From: Malacoraja senta
Taxonomy: Eukaryota
Length of the DNA stretch: 64,000 nt
Assembly (NCBI GenBank): GCA_038087875.1
Contig: CM075990.1
Coordinates: forward strand, 8,620,001 to 8,684,000
Direction: 5' to 3'
Shown: positions 1 to 14,674 of the stretch, in pieces
Layout: each line of letters starts with the position of its first letter
Position numbering within the stretch: position 1 is the stretch's first letter
Program-made: the position numbers and the translations under genes
Notes under the pieces: model-generated
Told to the model about the DNA's origin: nothing
The model's database searches: none
What the model saw: only the letters and a program-made list of their open reading frames with translations

Positions 1-565
1 GAGACCACACCTGGAGTATTGCATACAGTTTTGGTCTCCTAATCTGAGGAAAGACATTCTTGCCATAGAGGGAGTACAGAGAAGGTTCACCAGACTGATT
101 CCTGGGATGTCAGGACTTTCATATGAAGAAAGACTGGATAGACTCGGTTTGTACTCGCTAGAATTTAGAAGATTGAGGGGGGATCTTATAGAAACGTACA
201 AAATTCTTAAGGGGTTGGACAGGCTAGATGCAGGAAGATTGTTCCCAATGTCGGGGAAGTCCAGAACAAGGGGTCACAGTTTAAGGATAAGGGGGAAATC
301 TTTTTTCAAGTTGAGGAAAACATTTTTCACACAGAGAGTGGTGCATCTCTGGAATTCTCTGCCACAGAAGGTAGTTGAGGCCAGTTCATTGGCTATATTT
401 AAGAGGGAGTTAGATGTGGCCCTTGTGGCTAAAGGGATCAGGGGGTATGGAGAGAAGGCAGGTACAGGATACTGAGTTGGATGATCAGCCATGATCATAT
501 TGAATGGCGGTGCAGGCTCGAAGGGCCGAATGGCCTACTCCTGCACCTATTTTCTATGTTTCTAT
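1..565 (+). mobile_element. CR1-clade (HER1-like) LINE 3' end
   Basis: RPHLEYC..QFWSP, LYSLEFRRLRGDLIETYKI and FFTQRVVHLWNSLP ORF2 C-terminal motifs; 3'UTR ends in a ctatgttt repeat. Confidence 0.9.
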
Positions 566-1828
566 ACTCTGCCCCCCACACACATTGTCTGTTGCATACA
601 TGTTCACTCTTCACACCTCTCGCAAAATGCCTTGACTATCGCCTATACCCCTATTATGTACCTACCTGTTCTTCACACTCTGAGCACATCCACCAATGCC
701 TATTTAACACACACAGATTTTGCACATTGATGAATCGAAGGACTTGATCTTTGGACCAAGGAATTATATTGTGAAACTGCCACTATCTTGAACCAGTTTA
801 GGAACCAAATTCTCAAGGCTATTTCGAGAATTGTTAATGCATGAAATGGGATGTGTTATTTTGGCAGTGACAGGTGCCTTTATGAGTCTGGGCGATAATA
901 TTACTGGCGGAGTGTGAGAAGTCTTTCCTGTGATGTTTTCTGTGTGGGCATTGATAAAATTCTCAGAGGTGAGATTGCACATAATTCCACAATTATGCCT
1001 TTTGAAATTGCACAGACAATCACCTTTTAAAATTCGATAGATGTTTCAGCCACTAGTTTTTAACTGGTTAATAGGCCTGGCTCACAAAGCTCCTCTATTT
1101 AATGACTGCCATTAAAAGATCGATTGTTCCATTTCAATGCTAAAGTCTGGAATCTTTCACTCTCGGTGAATGCTCCCCAACAATTTCCTCTCGGCCACAA
1201 AATTTGGCAATTCCAAGCTGTGTGAAGTCAGATTAAGCCCTGGTGCTCAGTCGATCACCAGCATAGGCTTGTGGTACAATCCGAGATGCCCTTTGACTCC
1301 AACAAATACTAGAGAAGATTAAAAAGTTGCTGTCACGCTTTATTGATTTTTTTTCCACTTAAAACACAATTTCGAGTCCATTTATCGATGCGGTTCAAAT
1401 ACTAACATTCTTACGATGCATTCCTGATAGAAACGAGCCTACATTTTAATTGTTCCAGCTTATTTGTACTTGGGCTGAAATTGAAAGAGATGAGTCATGC
1501 TTTAATGGGTAAGGAAACAGAGGAACAGCATTAATAGATAGGAGAGAGTTCTAATTTACTCTGGCTGTTATGAATAATAAATAAATGTTTATCCCTTTTG
1601 TCTCCCAGCCACGTCTTCTTTTTATGTTTATCTTTAATTCTAATTACTGGTCTGTTGTGATTCCCTTGGTGCTGAAGCAGTCTGTCACAAGGTGTACGAG
1701 CTCAGGGAAATACAGCTGGTTAGTGGGGACACAGAAGTCAGACGGAGGTCTCTATTCTCTTGAAAAGGACATTTCATAATTACATAAATGGGCCTTAGCT
1801 GTCCAAAAGTACTGCAGAGTATCCACTT

Positions 1829-2752
1829 GGGGCATTGTGGCGTTGTGGTAGGGTTGATGCATTGCTGTGACAAAACCTGGGTTTGATCCTGACTATGGGT
1901 GCTGTCTGTATGGAGTTTGTACGTTTTCCCCATGACCATGTAGGTTTTCTCCGGTTGCTCCTGTTTCCACCACACTCCAAAGACAATAGACAATAGACAA
2001 TAGGTGCAGGAGTAGGCCATTCGGCCCTTCGAGCCAGCACCGCCATTCAATGTGATCATAGCTGATCATCCCCCGTTCCTGCCTTCTCCCCATATCCCCT
2101 GACTCCGCTATTTTTAAGAGCCTTATCTAGCTCTCTCTTGAAAGCATCCAGAGAATCTGCCTCCACCGCCCTCTGAGGCAGAGAATTCCACAGACTTACC
2201 ACTCTCTGTGAGAAAAAGTGTTTCCTCGTCTCCATTCTAAATGGCTTACTCCTTATTCTTAAACGGTGGCCCCTGGTTCTGGACTCCCCCAAAATCAGGA
2301 ACATGTTTCCTGCCTCTAGCATGTCCAAACCCTTAACAATCTTATATATTTCAATGAGATCGCCTCTCATCCTTCTAAACTCCAGAGTGTACAAGCCCAG
2401 CTGATCCATTCTCTCAGCATATGACAGTCCCGCCATCCCGGGAATTAACCTTGTAAACCTACGCTGCACTCCCTCAATAGCAAGAATGTCCTTCCTCAAA
2501 TTAGGGGACCAAAACTGCACACAATATTCCCGGTGTGGTCTCACTTGGGCCCTGTACAACTGCAGAAGGATCTCTTTGCTCCTATATTCGATTCCTCTTG
2601 TTATAAAGATGTTCAGGTCTGCAGGTTAATTGGCTTTGATAAAGATTGTAAATTGTCCCTAGTGTGTAGGATAGACCTTGTGTATGGAGTGATCGCTGGT
2701 AGGTGCAGACGGTGGGCCGAAGGGCCTGTTTCCATACTGTATCTCTAAACTA
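1829..2752 (+). mobile_element. HE1-type tRNA-derived V-SINE interrupted by a CR1 LINE
   Basis: SINE 5' part ~1829-1984 (degenerate A/B boxes, gagtttgtacgttttcccc V-domain) and 3' part ~2605-2752 (ends tatctctaaactaa). Confidence 0.8.
1985..2604 (-). mobile_element. CR1-clade LINE 3' fragment
   Basis: ORF 2056-2559 has CR1 C-terminal motifs; (CTATTGT)n tail at ~1981-2000. Confidence 0.88.
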
Positions 2753-3477
2753 AATGTCATTGAAATGAAGTGGAGTAGAAGTCTGAAGAAGGGTTTCGAC
2801 CCGAAACGTTGCCTATTTCCTTCGCTCCATAAATGCTGCCTCACCCGATGAGTTTATCCAGCATTTTTGTCTGCTGTCATTGATATGAATACTACTCTCG
2901 TATTGGTCTTAACTAATTTCTACACAGAATTAAGGTTATTTATCATGCAGATGTTCTAATGCTGTAGGATTACAATGCCAGGTAACCTTCTGGGCTAATG
3001 TCTCATCAGATAATATGCTTCAAATAAACACTCTGCACGCTAGTTACCTGAACTGAATCCAGCTAGCCTGAATTATATTTGTTGCTTAAACTCAAGTAGA
3101 GTACTTACCTTGGTTCTAACTAGTAGTATTTTCTGCACTTGGACTCCTTACCTGGAATGAGAACTGGGATCATGTAAACAGTTTGATTGGAGAGTTTAAA
3201 TGGAATATAGTTTCATCACTGCCTCCTGAGAGGGTCCAGATTGTGCTTGATGCAGCTTGCTTGCTGCAGGTGCTCAGCGGCAGTGCATTTCCTGCGACCG
3301 CACCTAACACCTATGCAATCCGCAATCCTTGCAATGGACCTTATGGCCTAGAGTGGGCCACCAGAGTGAATGTGGTCTCCAGAGATTCTGTCACGTTGTG
3401 TTGGTCTTGTGCCTACTCCTTGCTGCTTCTACAAGGTACAAGGTTTTCATTGTACCTGTACCATGACATATTTGTGT

Positions 3478-4110
<633 letters not shown>

Positions 4111-7100
4111 GCCACAATAAATTACAGAGAATTATGAATGCAGCCCACTCCATCACACAATAAATAATTGTAACATTTTAAAAAATCATTTAATAAAAGG
4201 ATCAAAAACATTAAGATTTAAAAACAAGGAAAACATTAGCAAAGCCAGTCCGCTCCCAACTTTTAACTCGGGGTGGAAAACCCCATTGAAAGAAGGAGTC
4301 ACAATGCTAAGTGCACTGCCCGATTCAGAGTCCAAATGTGCCAAGACTTGATCTCCGGTTACAACACCCAGACTTGTCCCATGAACTGATGCCACCGGTA
4401 ATTCTCTGCATAAGCACCTGTCACAGATATGCAAAAGGTCACAAAAAGCTGGAGTAACTCAAAGCAGGCAGCATCTCTGGAGAACCAGATTCTGAGACTC
4501 AAAATCAGAGACCCAGAAGGACCTATCCATGTCCTCCAGAGCTTCTGCCTGATCTACTGAATTACTCCTACGCTTTGTGTCCTTGTGTGTATTAACCAGC
4601 ACCTGTAGTTCTTTGTTTCAGCCACAGATACACGCAACCCAGCCCAGTCACTGACTAACATGTTTCCCGAGCAGACCTGTTGGCTTTCAAGTGAGAGTTC
4701 AGAGACTTTGAGCAGATCTGATTTTTTTTGGTTTCACTTTCTGTCATACGTAGAAAGCTGTGTGCATTTCCAGAAGCCATTTGTGTAATAGGAGTGAAAA
4801 AAAATTATGCTGTGAGTTATATAAATGAAACTGCTCACTGAGCCGACATCTTATTGCCTGTCCCATTGAGCAATTATTATAGCAACTTGCAGTGTAACGC
4901 ACAGTGTGGGGAACTAGCAGGCAGCAGCTAACGGCCTTCCTCATTGACCGCAAACTCAAACGGCAATGAATGAGAGTAAGCTCGTGTTTCTGCTTCACAA
5001 CAGATCTGCAGGGGGAATGTTTTTTTCTCCATGAAGTGAAAGCATTTTGGAAATAAACTCTCCCCAACTATTGGCGCAGCCTGTGTGTATAGTGCTGATT
5101 AGTTCTGCCAGTGAAACAGATTTTGAGATGCGTCGCAGGGAAACCATTGCCAACTGAATTCAAAATAATGCAAGGTTAGGAGAAAGCGGATGATGAGTTA
5201 TTACATACAGTGAATTGAGAAAGCAATGGGGCATTAGGAACGCTAAATGGAAAGGTGCGGATGTCGTCTTGCTGCGAGGGCGAGTATAATTTAACATTCT
5301 TTACAAAGAGAGCTGGTGGTGCCAAATCAGGAGCGTTGATGAAGGCATTTCGGAAGGATACCACTGTAATTTCAGCACGAAAACCTCAAAAATCCACGTT
5401 ACCCTGATTCTTCAAGTTGTACAGAGCGAGGCAGCAAGAAATCCGCCCAGAAGTAACGAAAGCATAAGGAGGGAAGTGGAACTCAAATTTAAACCACATC
5501 GTAAAATGTACCGTGAGCTCAAAGATCTGAGATTGTACTTCGCAAATGGATTCATATCCTTTTCAACCTGTGACTTTTGGAGCAACACCTCTTTTCAGCA
5601 GGTGTGTGATAGGCAAAAGATCCCTTGGTTATACACACTTCCGGGGCTCCAAGCATGGTTCTGAAGGAAGCCTGTGAGTCTACTGCCGATGTCCCAGTTA
5701 TAATTATCCAAACCTCGTCTGAGGAAGGGTCTCGACCCGAAACGTCACCTATTCCCTTTCTCCAGAGATCCTGTCTGACCCGCTGAGTTACTCTAGCCTT
5801 TTGTGCCTATCTTCTGATTTGGAAACCCTTCTGTTAATATCCAAATTTGCACTGCTGTGCTATTTAAGAACGTTGAAAAGGAGAAACCAGATAATTGCTG
5901 GGACCATTTTGTCTAACATCTGCTGTCAGGCAATTACTAGAGTAAATGATTGAGCAGAGTAACTGAACTCTTTAAAAGCTTTCTGTCAACTACAGAGATC
6001 AATATAGATTTATGAGGGCCAGGTCACATCTGGGAAGTGTGATTGAAAATTTTGAAGAGGCAGATGTGGTGGCCAGGGGAATGTTTCTGGATGTTATTTA
6101 TATCGGTTTCCAATGATATTTGTGCAAGTCCTTCAGAGGAGAATGTTAAGGAAGGTTATCGCTCTGAAATTGAAGGCTATTTATGGGCCTTGAAAAATCA
6201 CTGATTGGCAGAAATAGATTTGGGAAAATTGGTTCACCATATCTCCCATGGATTGGGGGGGTGCAGAATTATTCAATATATTTATAAACTGATTAGAACT
6301 CAGAAAATCACAGGGGGTAATAAAGTGTAGAAGGAGGCTAGTCATCCCATTGGCTTTAGTTGAGTTTATTGTCACATGTACCGAGGTACAGTGAAAAGCT
6401 TTTGTTGCGTGCTAACCAGTCAGCGGAAAGACTACACATGATTCCAATCGTGCGATCCACAGTGAACAGATACAAGATAAAGGCAATAATGTTTAGTGCA
6501 AGATAAAGTCCTGAAAAGTCAGGTTAAAGATAATTCAAAGGTCTCCAGTAAGGCAAATATTAAGTCAGGACCATGCTCTAGTTCGTGAAAGGATGGTTCA
6601 GTAGTCTGTTAACAGCTGGGAAGAAATTGTTCTTGAATCTGGTGGTGTGTGTTTTCACACTTCTGAACCTCTTATCTGATGGGGAAGGGAAGAAGAGGGA
6701 GTGTGAGACTTGTCCTTGATTACGCTGGAGGCCTTGCGAAGTTCAAGCTGATTCTCTGTATAATCAGCATACCGAAGTAGCTCAGTGGGTCAGGCAACAT
6801 CCCTGGATGACATGGATGGACAACTTTCCAGGTCGGGACCCTTCTTCAGACTGACCCAAACACCGCCATGTCCACGTCCACCAGGAATGATGCCTGACCC
6901 GTTACGTTTCTCCAGCACTTTGTGTTTTACTCACGATTCCAGCATCTGTTGATCTTTGTGCATCAATGAGGTCAACCTAATCACTCCGATTTTCCCACAA
7001 TTTTTCTGCAACGCTGCATTGTTTTTGCTTCCTCCTATCTATCAAACCCTGTTAAAAGCACACATGTGGAGGATGTTTAAATATTTGGAACTCCCAGAAA

Positions 7101-7434
7101 TGATAATTCATGCAAGGTCAATCACTAACGTTAAATCTGAGATCGGTAGATTACTGTTATCCAAAGACATTGATGGATATGGAGGTGAGTCACTGATCAG
7201 CCGATTTCTCATTTAATGTCACAACATGCCTGGAGAGTAGGGAACGGCTTATTCACTGTGTCCTTAAAGACAATGGTTTAGCAAACTCCTGGCCAATCCA
7301 GCAAAAAGGGACTAGCTGTTACCATGATAGCCAAGATGATAAGGAGTACTATTCATTACAAGGAGGGTGGCAAAGGAATTGCCTTTATGCACAGGCACGT
7401 TTCACTTTGTTGGAGGCAAAAAGGCAGATCTGAT

Positions 7435-7714
7435 GTGGAAAAGACTGCAAAATGTTGTGAACACTGCCCAGTCCATCACCGACACTGACCTCCCCACGAT
7501 CGAAGGGATTTATCGGAGTCGCTGCCTCAAAAAGGCAGCCAACATCATCAGAGCCCCACACCATTCTGGCCACACACTCATCTCAACACTGCCATCGGGA
7601 AGAAGGTACAGGAGCCTGAAAACTGTAATGTCCAGGTTCAGGAACTGCTTCTTCCCTGCAGCCATCAGGCTATTAAACACTACAACCTCAAATAGGCTCT
7701 GAACTACAATAGAC

Positions 7715-7772
<58 letters not shown>

Positions 7773-7985
7773 GCACTATTATTGTTTGTTTTTTGGGTAT
7801 GTGTGTATGTGTATAAATATATGTGAGTATGTGTACATATACACACAGAACTTTTTTTTCTCTCTCTCGTTTATCATATTATTTACAGTGTACGATGTTT
7901 ACATATTCTGTTGTGCTGCAGCAAGTAAGAATTTCATTGTTCCATCTGTGACATATGACAATAAAACAATCTTGACTCTTGACTT
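7435..7985 (+). mobile_element. Rex1/Babar-like LINE 3' fragment with internal (TTA)n
   Basis: LQNVVNTAQSIT...RCLKKAANII..PHHSGH...LPSGRRYRSL...RFRNCFFPAAIRLLN. Related minus-strand fragments at ~6360-6740 and ~24300-24770. Confidence 0.75.
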
Positions 7986-8244
7986 GAACGTTTGAAGAAC
8001 CCTTTGTTAGATTTTTGATGCACCTCTCCATTGGTGGATAGACCATACGAAATACGTTACCAAGGATATGCCACGGTTCCCACTTTGGACTTCTACATTT
8101 TAGTTTTACATCTCACTTGATGAAGGTACCAACTGGATCCACAGTAATCTAACATGTAATCTAACATGTAATCTGCTATTTTAATGGAGTTGAGATTTGT
8201 TTACCTTCGATGGGTTGGCTCCAATAAAATGACAAACAGCTGAA

Positions 8245-8653
8245 GGCCCCTATCGGTCATGACTGACCATGGGTGATGCATCCTGGTCAGATGCAAGCCT
8301 GGGCGATGTCATATGGAGGACAGGCTGTTGCCCATGCAGCACGCCCCCCCCTCTTCATTGCGCTGATCGATCCAAAGGAACAGCAGGGCCATTACAGTTT
8401 GGCACCAGCGCCGTCGCAGGAGCTGCCAGAGCGAGGTTGTAGACAACGACGAACGGCCTTAGGGGCTTCGACTCCGGATTTTCTTGAGGTTTACTCCTGG
8501 ATATGGCCACAAGGCAGTGGAGGTTTTAAATCAAAGTTTTCCCTCTCCTAGATGGACTGCCTTCCCAGGCTGAAGAGCCCCATCTGCCCGAGACTCGTGG
8601 GGGCGGGAGCGTCTACCTTCCCGTGCAGGGCTATAGCACCTGCCCACTGCCCA
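8245..8653 (-). mobile_element. Short interspersed element, probably RTE-derived (copy 1)
   Basis: Highly similar to 57375-57850 with the same endpoints; RTE 5'UTR resemblance is from memory only. Confidence 0.6.
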
Positions 8654-10435
8654 TTGCCTATGTGCACCGTACAAACACTCCATTTGTTCATTGCCAAGGC
8701 CCAGCAGTGTTTCAAATGTCATCTCATTTCAGGATTGATAAATAATCTTCAGTTGTTCGTCAGCTTACTTAACTTTTACTCATGACTTTTGGTGATAATG
8801 TAGTTGATCATTTAGAATTAGTTTTGCTCCAACGAGTGGTGCTTGATGTCAGCAGGAAAGGAGAATTGAAATGCCAGTTGTGGAGGCTGCTCATTGTTAC
8901 ATAGATGCTGTTGTGTTGATAAGGATCGTAATGTACACAACGTTGGGGCGGCACAATGACACTGCGGTAGAGTTGCTGCCTCACAGCAGCAGAGACCTGG
9001 TTTCGATCCTGACTACGGGTGCTGTCTGTACAGAGTTTTTCTCCAGAGATGCTGCCTGACCCGCTGAGTTACTCCAGCTTTCTGTATCTGTCTTTTATTA
9101 CTGTATGATTTTGTTTATCACATCCATAAACAATATTTTAACATTGTATTTTATGTGTTTTTGACCTAAATCTTTAAACCCAGGAACACAACCAGAGTTT
9201 TTCCAATGAAACTAATTGGAAACACATTTACAGTTTATGTTTCCTCATTATGCAGTCTTTTTCCCCAGAATATAATTCCTGCATAAATGGTTTGCAATCG
9301 CAGTGTATGTTGCTTGCCATTTCATTCTGTTTGCATAAGTCTTGACCCTACAGTTGGATGTGGCAATGGAAAAATCCAGATTCTGTCTATAACACAGACT
9401 GGTGCTTGAATATTTGTAACTCTGATTATGCAGCAACCTATTTAAGTTTAACATCGATGTACAATCAACCAGCAAGAGCATCACTGGAAAACCTTGATGT
9501 TAAGCTTGGATGGTGGCCAATGTTCAAGGGAAGAATTGCAGTCAGACTTGGAAGGTTTTTGTCAAAGTGCGACAAGATAACTGATATAGAAGACCAAATC
9601 AAAAGCTCTGGTTATTTTATGAATTTGCTGAGTCCGTACATTCGCAGATGATGCTTCCTTTTCAAATTGTTTATTAATTCAGAGTGAGACGAAAATTACC
9701 TTTACATTGCTACATCCGAATTTTGTAAACTGTTAGCTGTGCGCTCTCAATTCGTTTAGGTACATTTGACAGAGAAATTACCTTCTGCAGAAGGAATCTG
9801 TTTGTGAGGTCCCAGTGGTACGGGATAATAATGGAAATCCTGTATTGGAAGTGAACAGAACATCTAGATTTATTGGCACTGACTGCAAGTGAGTAGAGAC
9901 AGAGATGGAGAAAGTTACGGGAGTAAGTGTGAAAAAGCAGATGGCTGCAGAGAGAAAGCAAGCGTTTAACAGCCTGTACCTCCAAGTTCAGAGACCTGCC
10001 ATCTTACCGGTCATTAAGATGACTCGAGGCAGCGATTGTTCTTTACAGGCAAGTCATTGCGTGTTCGCGCCAACACAAATTGCAGGGCTGCCAAGGGTAG
10101 CTTGTGGCATAAATTCAGGTTTAAGTTGGTGATGTACTGAAGAGATTGAGAGATGACTGGAAGGAAAAGATAAGAAACCAACTTTCTTGGGAAGTTTCTT
10201 GGGAACTATTTATTGGGGAAAATAAAATTAGATTGGGAAAATAAATTCAGGTAAACAGTTTATTTCTCCATTCTCTGGGAGGAAAATTGCCTGTCCCAAT
10301 AACAGAATTCTATAATTAGCTTGTCTTAAAACCTATGACCCATCATTCCAGAGCCCATTCAAAATGGTAATGTTGCTACTAAGGGGTGCAGCACATCGAG
10401 CTGCAGCCTCACTGCTCCAGTGAACCCAGGTTCAA

Positions 10436-11330
10436 TTATTTTTTATTTTATTAGAAGTATTGTACATTACAGTAATCTGCAATAATGTAAGTTTATACTT
10501 TTCTTGTACCACTTCTTATTTTAAACTTTAATAAGAGAAAAGGATAGAAAGAGTTAGTATAGATAGTAAGTGAGTGATTGAAAGAGTGGTCCAGGAACAC
10601 CCATATGGACCTAAACCACAAGAAATAGTTTAAAAAAAGAGAAAAACCAAAAGGAGGAAAAAGAAAAAAGAAAACATAAGATAAGGTAGGACACTATGAA
10701 AGGGATGTACTTACTTCATATCTTTACTCACCCCTCGCCAGGTCCTGAAACCATTTATTATCAACATTTTGTTGCACCCTATGTTTGTAATAAGTCGATA
10801 AATGGAGACCAACTCTTTTGGAATTGGTCTGGTTTACCTGCTAAGAGGAATCTCATATCTTCTAGGTGTAACAATTCCGACATATTAGAAGTCCACATTT
10901 TTGTCGTTGGCGTGGGAGCGTTGTTCCAAAATTTCAGAATACATTTTTTTGCCGTTATTAAGCCATAATTAAGAAAACTCCTTTGAAACGAAGTCAGCTC
11001 CAAACTTGCTTCTATTGTTCCAAAATTAATCTGTTCTGCATTCGGTTTCAGTTTTATTTTAAATAATTTAGTGAAAATGTCAAAAATTTAATTCCAAAAT
11101 ATTTGGATTTTTATACAAAAAACAAAAGAATGTGCTATAGTTGCTTCTTGGGTTAGGCATTTATCACAGATAGAAGAGGTATTTGGGTAAAATTTACTTA
11201 ATTTAACTTTCGAATAGTATAATCTATGTAAAATTTTAAATTGAATTAGAGTATGTCTTACGTTAATCGAGCATTTATGCACATATAACAGGTGTTTATC
11301 CCAACTCTCTTTCTAGATTTTTATAGCCAT
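10436..11330 (-). mobile_element. L1-clade LINE 3' fragment (ORF2 C-terminal cysteine-rich region)
   Basis: IQFKILHRLYYS...CDKC....TIAHSFVFC and AKKCILKFW...SWSPF motifs; A-rich tail. A second related fragment lies at ~36830-37320. Confidence 0.8.
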
Positions 11331-12388
11331 GATTCCTCTTGTGCTGTGCCCAGTAAATTCCTCAAAGCTGTTCCCATTGGGGTTATTTTTAGGGTGCTTG
11401 GAGCTGGAGCTGTTTTGGGGGTTTAGCAGAGGAAGAGGGCAGGGGACGGGTTGGGGATTGATATAGGGTTTTGTGATTTGGAGGACTGGGGTGAAGGTTA
11501 GCTGGGGCTGGGATATGTAGGTGAGGGGTGTTCATAATGTCATAAGTGATAAGGTCATAAGAATTAGGCCATTCGGCCCATCAAGAATACTCCGCCATTC
11601 AATCATGGCTGATCTGATCTATACCATGCAAGACCAATAGAGGCATGGAAGTACATTTATTGGGGCATGAATAAGCAATCCCATCGTTGTTCATAAGTTC
11701 ATCAGAGATAGGAGCAGAATTAGCCCATTCGGCCCATCACGTCTACTCCACCATTCAATCATGACTGATCTATCTCCCCCTGCTAACCCCATTCTCCTGC
11801 CTTCTTGCCATAACCTCTGACACCCGTACTAATCAAGAATCTATCACTGCCTTAAAAATATCCATTGACGGCCTCCACAGCCTTCTGTGGCAAAGAATAG
11901 AAAGATTAAACGAGAACTTACCGTTTGAAGTTTGATCTTTATTTTATGAGAAGTTGAAGTGAGGGAATACGTGAAGAGCCCGCCAGCCCCCATGCGCGTC
12001 AATCTTCAGGGCAACTGTATGAAACCACAGACCAGTTGCAGAACTTAAACTATAGAAAGACTAACGAGACTAGAGTTACCGGATGATCTTTTATGAGAAT
12101 CAGGGTTGGGAGTGGAGGGCACGTATTCCCTCACTTCAACTTCTCATAAAATAAAGATCAAACTTCAAACGGTAAGTTCTCGTTTAATCTTTCTATTTTA
12201 TTTCGAAGTCACGTGAGTGACTACGTGAAGCCTTCAAAGCTATGTGGTTTTATGCAGTAACCCAATCTGTGTGTGAAACACTTAAACAGATAAAACCATA
12301 AATGGTAAAAAGACATGGGTTATTAACAACATGATGCTAACTTGCATACATGGCCATTGCTCTTAATTGGACCATAGTCCCTATAGAC

Positions 12389-14674
12389 CAGTGGTTCTCA
12401 ACCTTGTTTGCCCCATGCACCTCTTTCACCATATGTCAGAATGTCATTCCCCCCCTCCTTTCCAAGATTGTCTGCCTCAAAAAGTGCATTCCAAATAATA
12501 TGCATATAATACTGAAAATCCTTTATTTTTTCCATATTAGTACATATACATTTACAATTTTACATGGATTATTTTTATAGTGGAGTTTTACAAATTAAAT
12601 GCCAATTGAAAATGTTGATGGATTTATAAAACTTGAATAAAAGTAAAATAGTTTTTTTAATATTTATAATGAATTACTTAACAGACCAAACTGAAGCATA
12701 ATGCAATAAACAAAAAGTTCAATAGAATACCAGGATATTGTAAATTTGTAATTAATTTTATTCAGATGAAGATTACAGTCAATGAGAAACCTGTGATTGT
12801 TTTTTCTTCGCCAATTCTGGGATACGCGGAGGAGTGCTTGAAAGGGCACAACGCAGGTCATTTTCTACCTCTAATCTACTACGTTGCTTTGTTTTAATTT
12901 GCAACAGAGTTGAAAAGCCTGACTCACAAAGATATGTCGACACAAACGGAAGCAATGCACGGATAGCTCTTTCTGCCACTTTTGGGTAGGAATCGCACAT
13001 CAAGGGCCAAAATTCTGTGATTGATTTCTCATCGAACATATCTCTTGCTCCCGAATCAGTTTTCAGCTCCAGAAATTCGTCTTGACAATCATCAGGAACT
13101 TTTTCAACTGACAATTTGAATGGATTTCGCACTAAATCCAACTCATCATCACTGAGTTCAGGAAAATATCGGCTGAATTCATTTTCCAGTGTTGTCAAAT
13201 GCTGCAAAATTTCATTTTTTGCAAATTGTGGAAGCACCTTGTCTTCACCACCAACAACAAGAACGGATGACATTTTCTCAAACATTGCAACATTTTTTAT
13301 ATTGACCTTTCTCTTCCAATTTTCCAGCTTGCTCATGAAAGCTTTCAAGGCATCCATGAATTTTATGATGTTTGTATTCCTTCCTTGCATCTGAAGATTC
13401 AGTTTATTCAGCTGCTCAAAAATATCAACCAAATAGGCAAGGCGCATGATCCATTCCTCATCATCCAGCCAGGCAAAAAATTCCATCTTACCCTGAACTT
13501 CAAAAAATAATTTGAGCTCATCTCTAGTCTAACCTCAAATATTCGCTCAGTTACATTTCCTCTTGACAGCCATCGAACATTTGTGTGGAAAAGAAGCAAA
13601 TGATGGGCTGCATCCATGTCGGTACATAACTGCTTGAAAAGTCGTGAGTTGAGAGCTCCTCCTTTGACAAAATTCACAATTTGAATTGTTTGATCCAAAA
13701 CCTTCCCTAGCGGAGCTGGAAGTGTTTTTGAGGCCAGTGCCTGACGATGGATCATACAATGAATGCCTTTCACTTTTGGAGCTTGCTTTTTCACACAAAC
13801 TTGAAATCCTGATTTTGTCCCCATAATAGCTGGTGCTCCATCTGTACAGCACCCACAGATATTATCCCACAAAAGATTTTCTGATTCAAAGAAAGATGAA
13901 ACCTTTTCCAAAATATTCGAGGCCTTGGTAGTTGTTCAAGAGGAGAACAAAAGAGAAACTCCTCTTTAAATGAACCTGTGAACATACCTTGCTAACACCA
14001 TCAACTGGGAACACGATGCCACATCAGTCGATTCATCAAGTTGAATTGAAAATAAGCCAAATGCTGAAGACTTGATCTCCTGCACAACTTGATCCTTGAT
14101 GTCAATGGCCATATCGCTGATCCTCCTTTGAACAGTACTGTTTGATAGTGGAACCGCTGCAAGTTTTTTCTCCAATCCATTTCCCAACACAATTTCCACC
14201 ATTTTGAGAGAGCAAGGTTTGATCAAATATTCCCCAAATTGTATGTGGTTTTTTCTGCTTTGCTATCTCCAGTGCTACGACATAAGAAGCTTCAGTAACC
14301 TTTTGGTTTGTTTCTGGTGGGGGTACTCGTGACAGGAGGCTAGGTCTAGGACTCTAAGCAAAGCGTAAGCTTTCGTAAGGGTACTTGCAGACGGACCACT
14401 CGGTGGCGCCTATGTCTTTCCTTTGTGGCAGCCCTGTCTATGGGTAATCTATTTTGATCCTTACGGTTCAGGAGCTTGTGGTGAACGGTTTGATAGGCTG
14501 CTTGCAGCAGGTAACCGATGCATACGGAATTTTGTGCCGCCCTGAGGAGCTCAAAGGCAATAAAAAGATCAACATTGTAACAGTTTGAGTTTGCTAATCT
14601 GTGGTCCCAATTCCCCCCCCTGAAAACCTGAAATCCCCCCCTAGGGGGAATTCCCCCCCTGGTTGAGACCCCTG
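12389..14674 (-). mobile_element. hAT DNA transposon, Buster/Charlie group
   Basis: TIRs CAGTGGTTCTCAACC (12389) and GGTTGAGACCCCTG (14661-14674); 8-bp TSD ctatagac/ctttagac with central TA (Buster nnnTAnnn target). Confidence 0.92.
12779..14290 (-). pseudogene. Frameshifted Buster/Charlie (ZBED5/SCAND3-like) hAT transposase
   Basis: Consecutive ORF pieces carry FSIQLDESTD, CTDGAPA, HCMIHRQALA, VRWLSRG and STYLCESGFS...RSRLEVENDLRCALS (DDE and dimerisation motifs); several frameshifts; no N-terminal BED finger seen. Confidence 0.9.

Noticed and set aside
12779..13486. Domesticated ZBED/Buster host gene
   Set aside because: Frameshifted, N-terminally incomplete, and still flanked by TIRs and a TSD.
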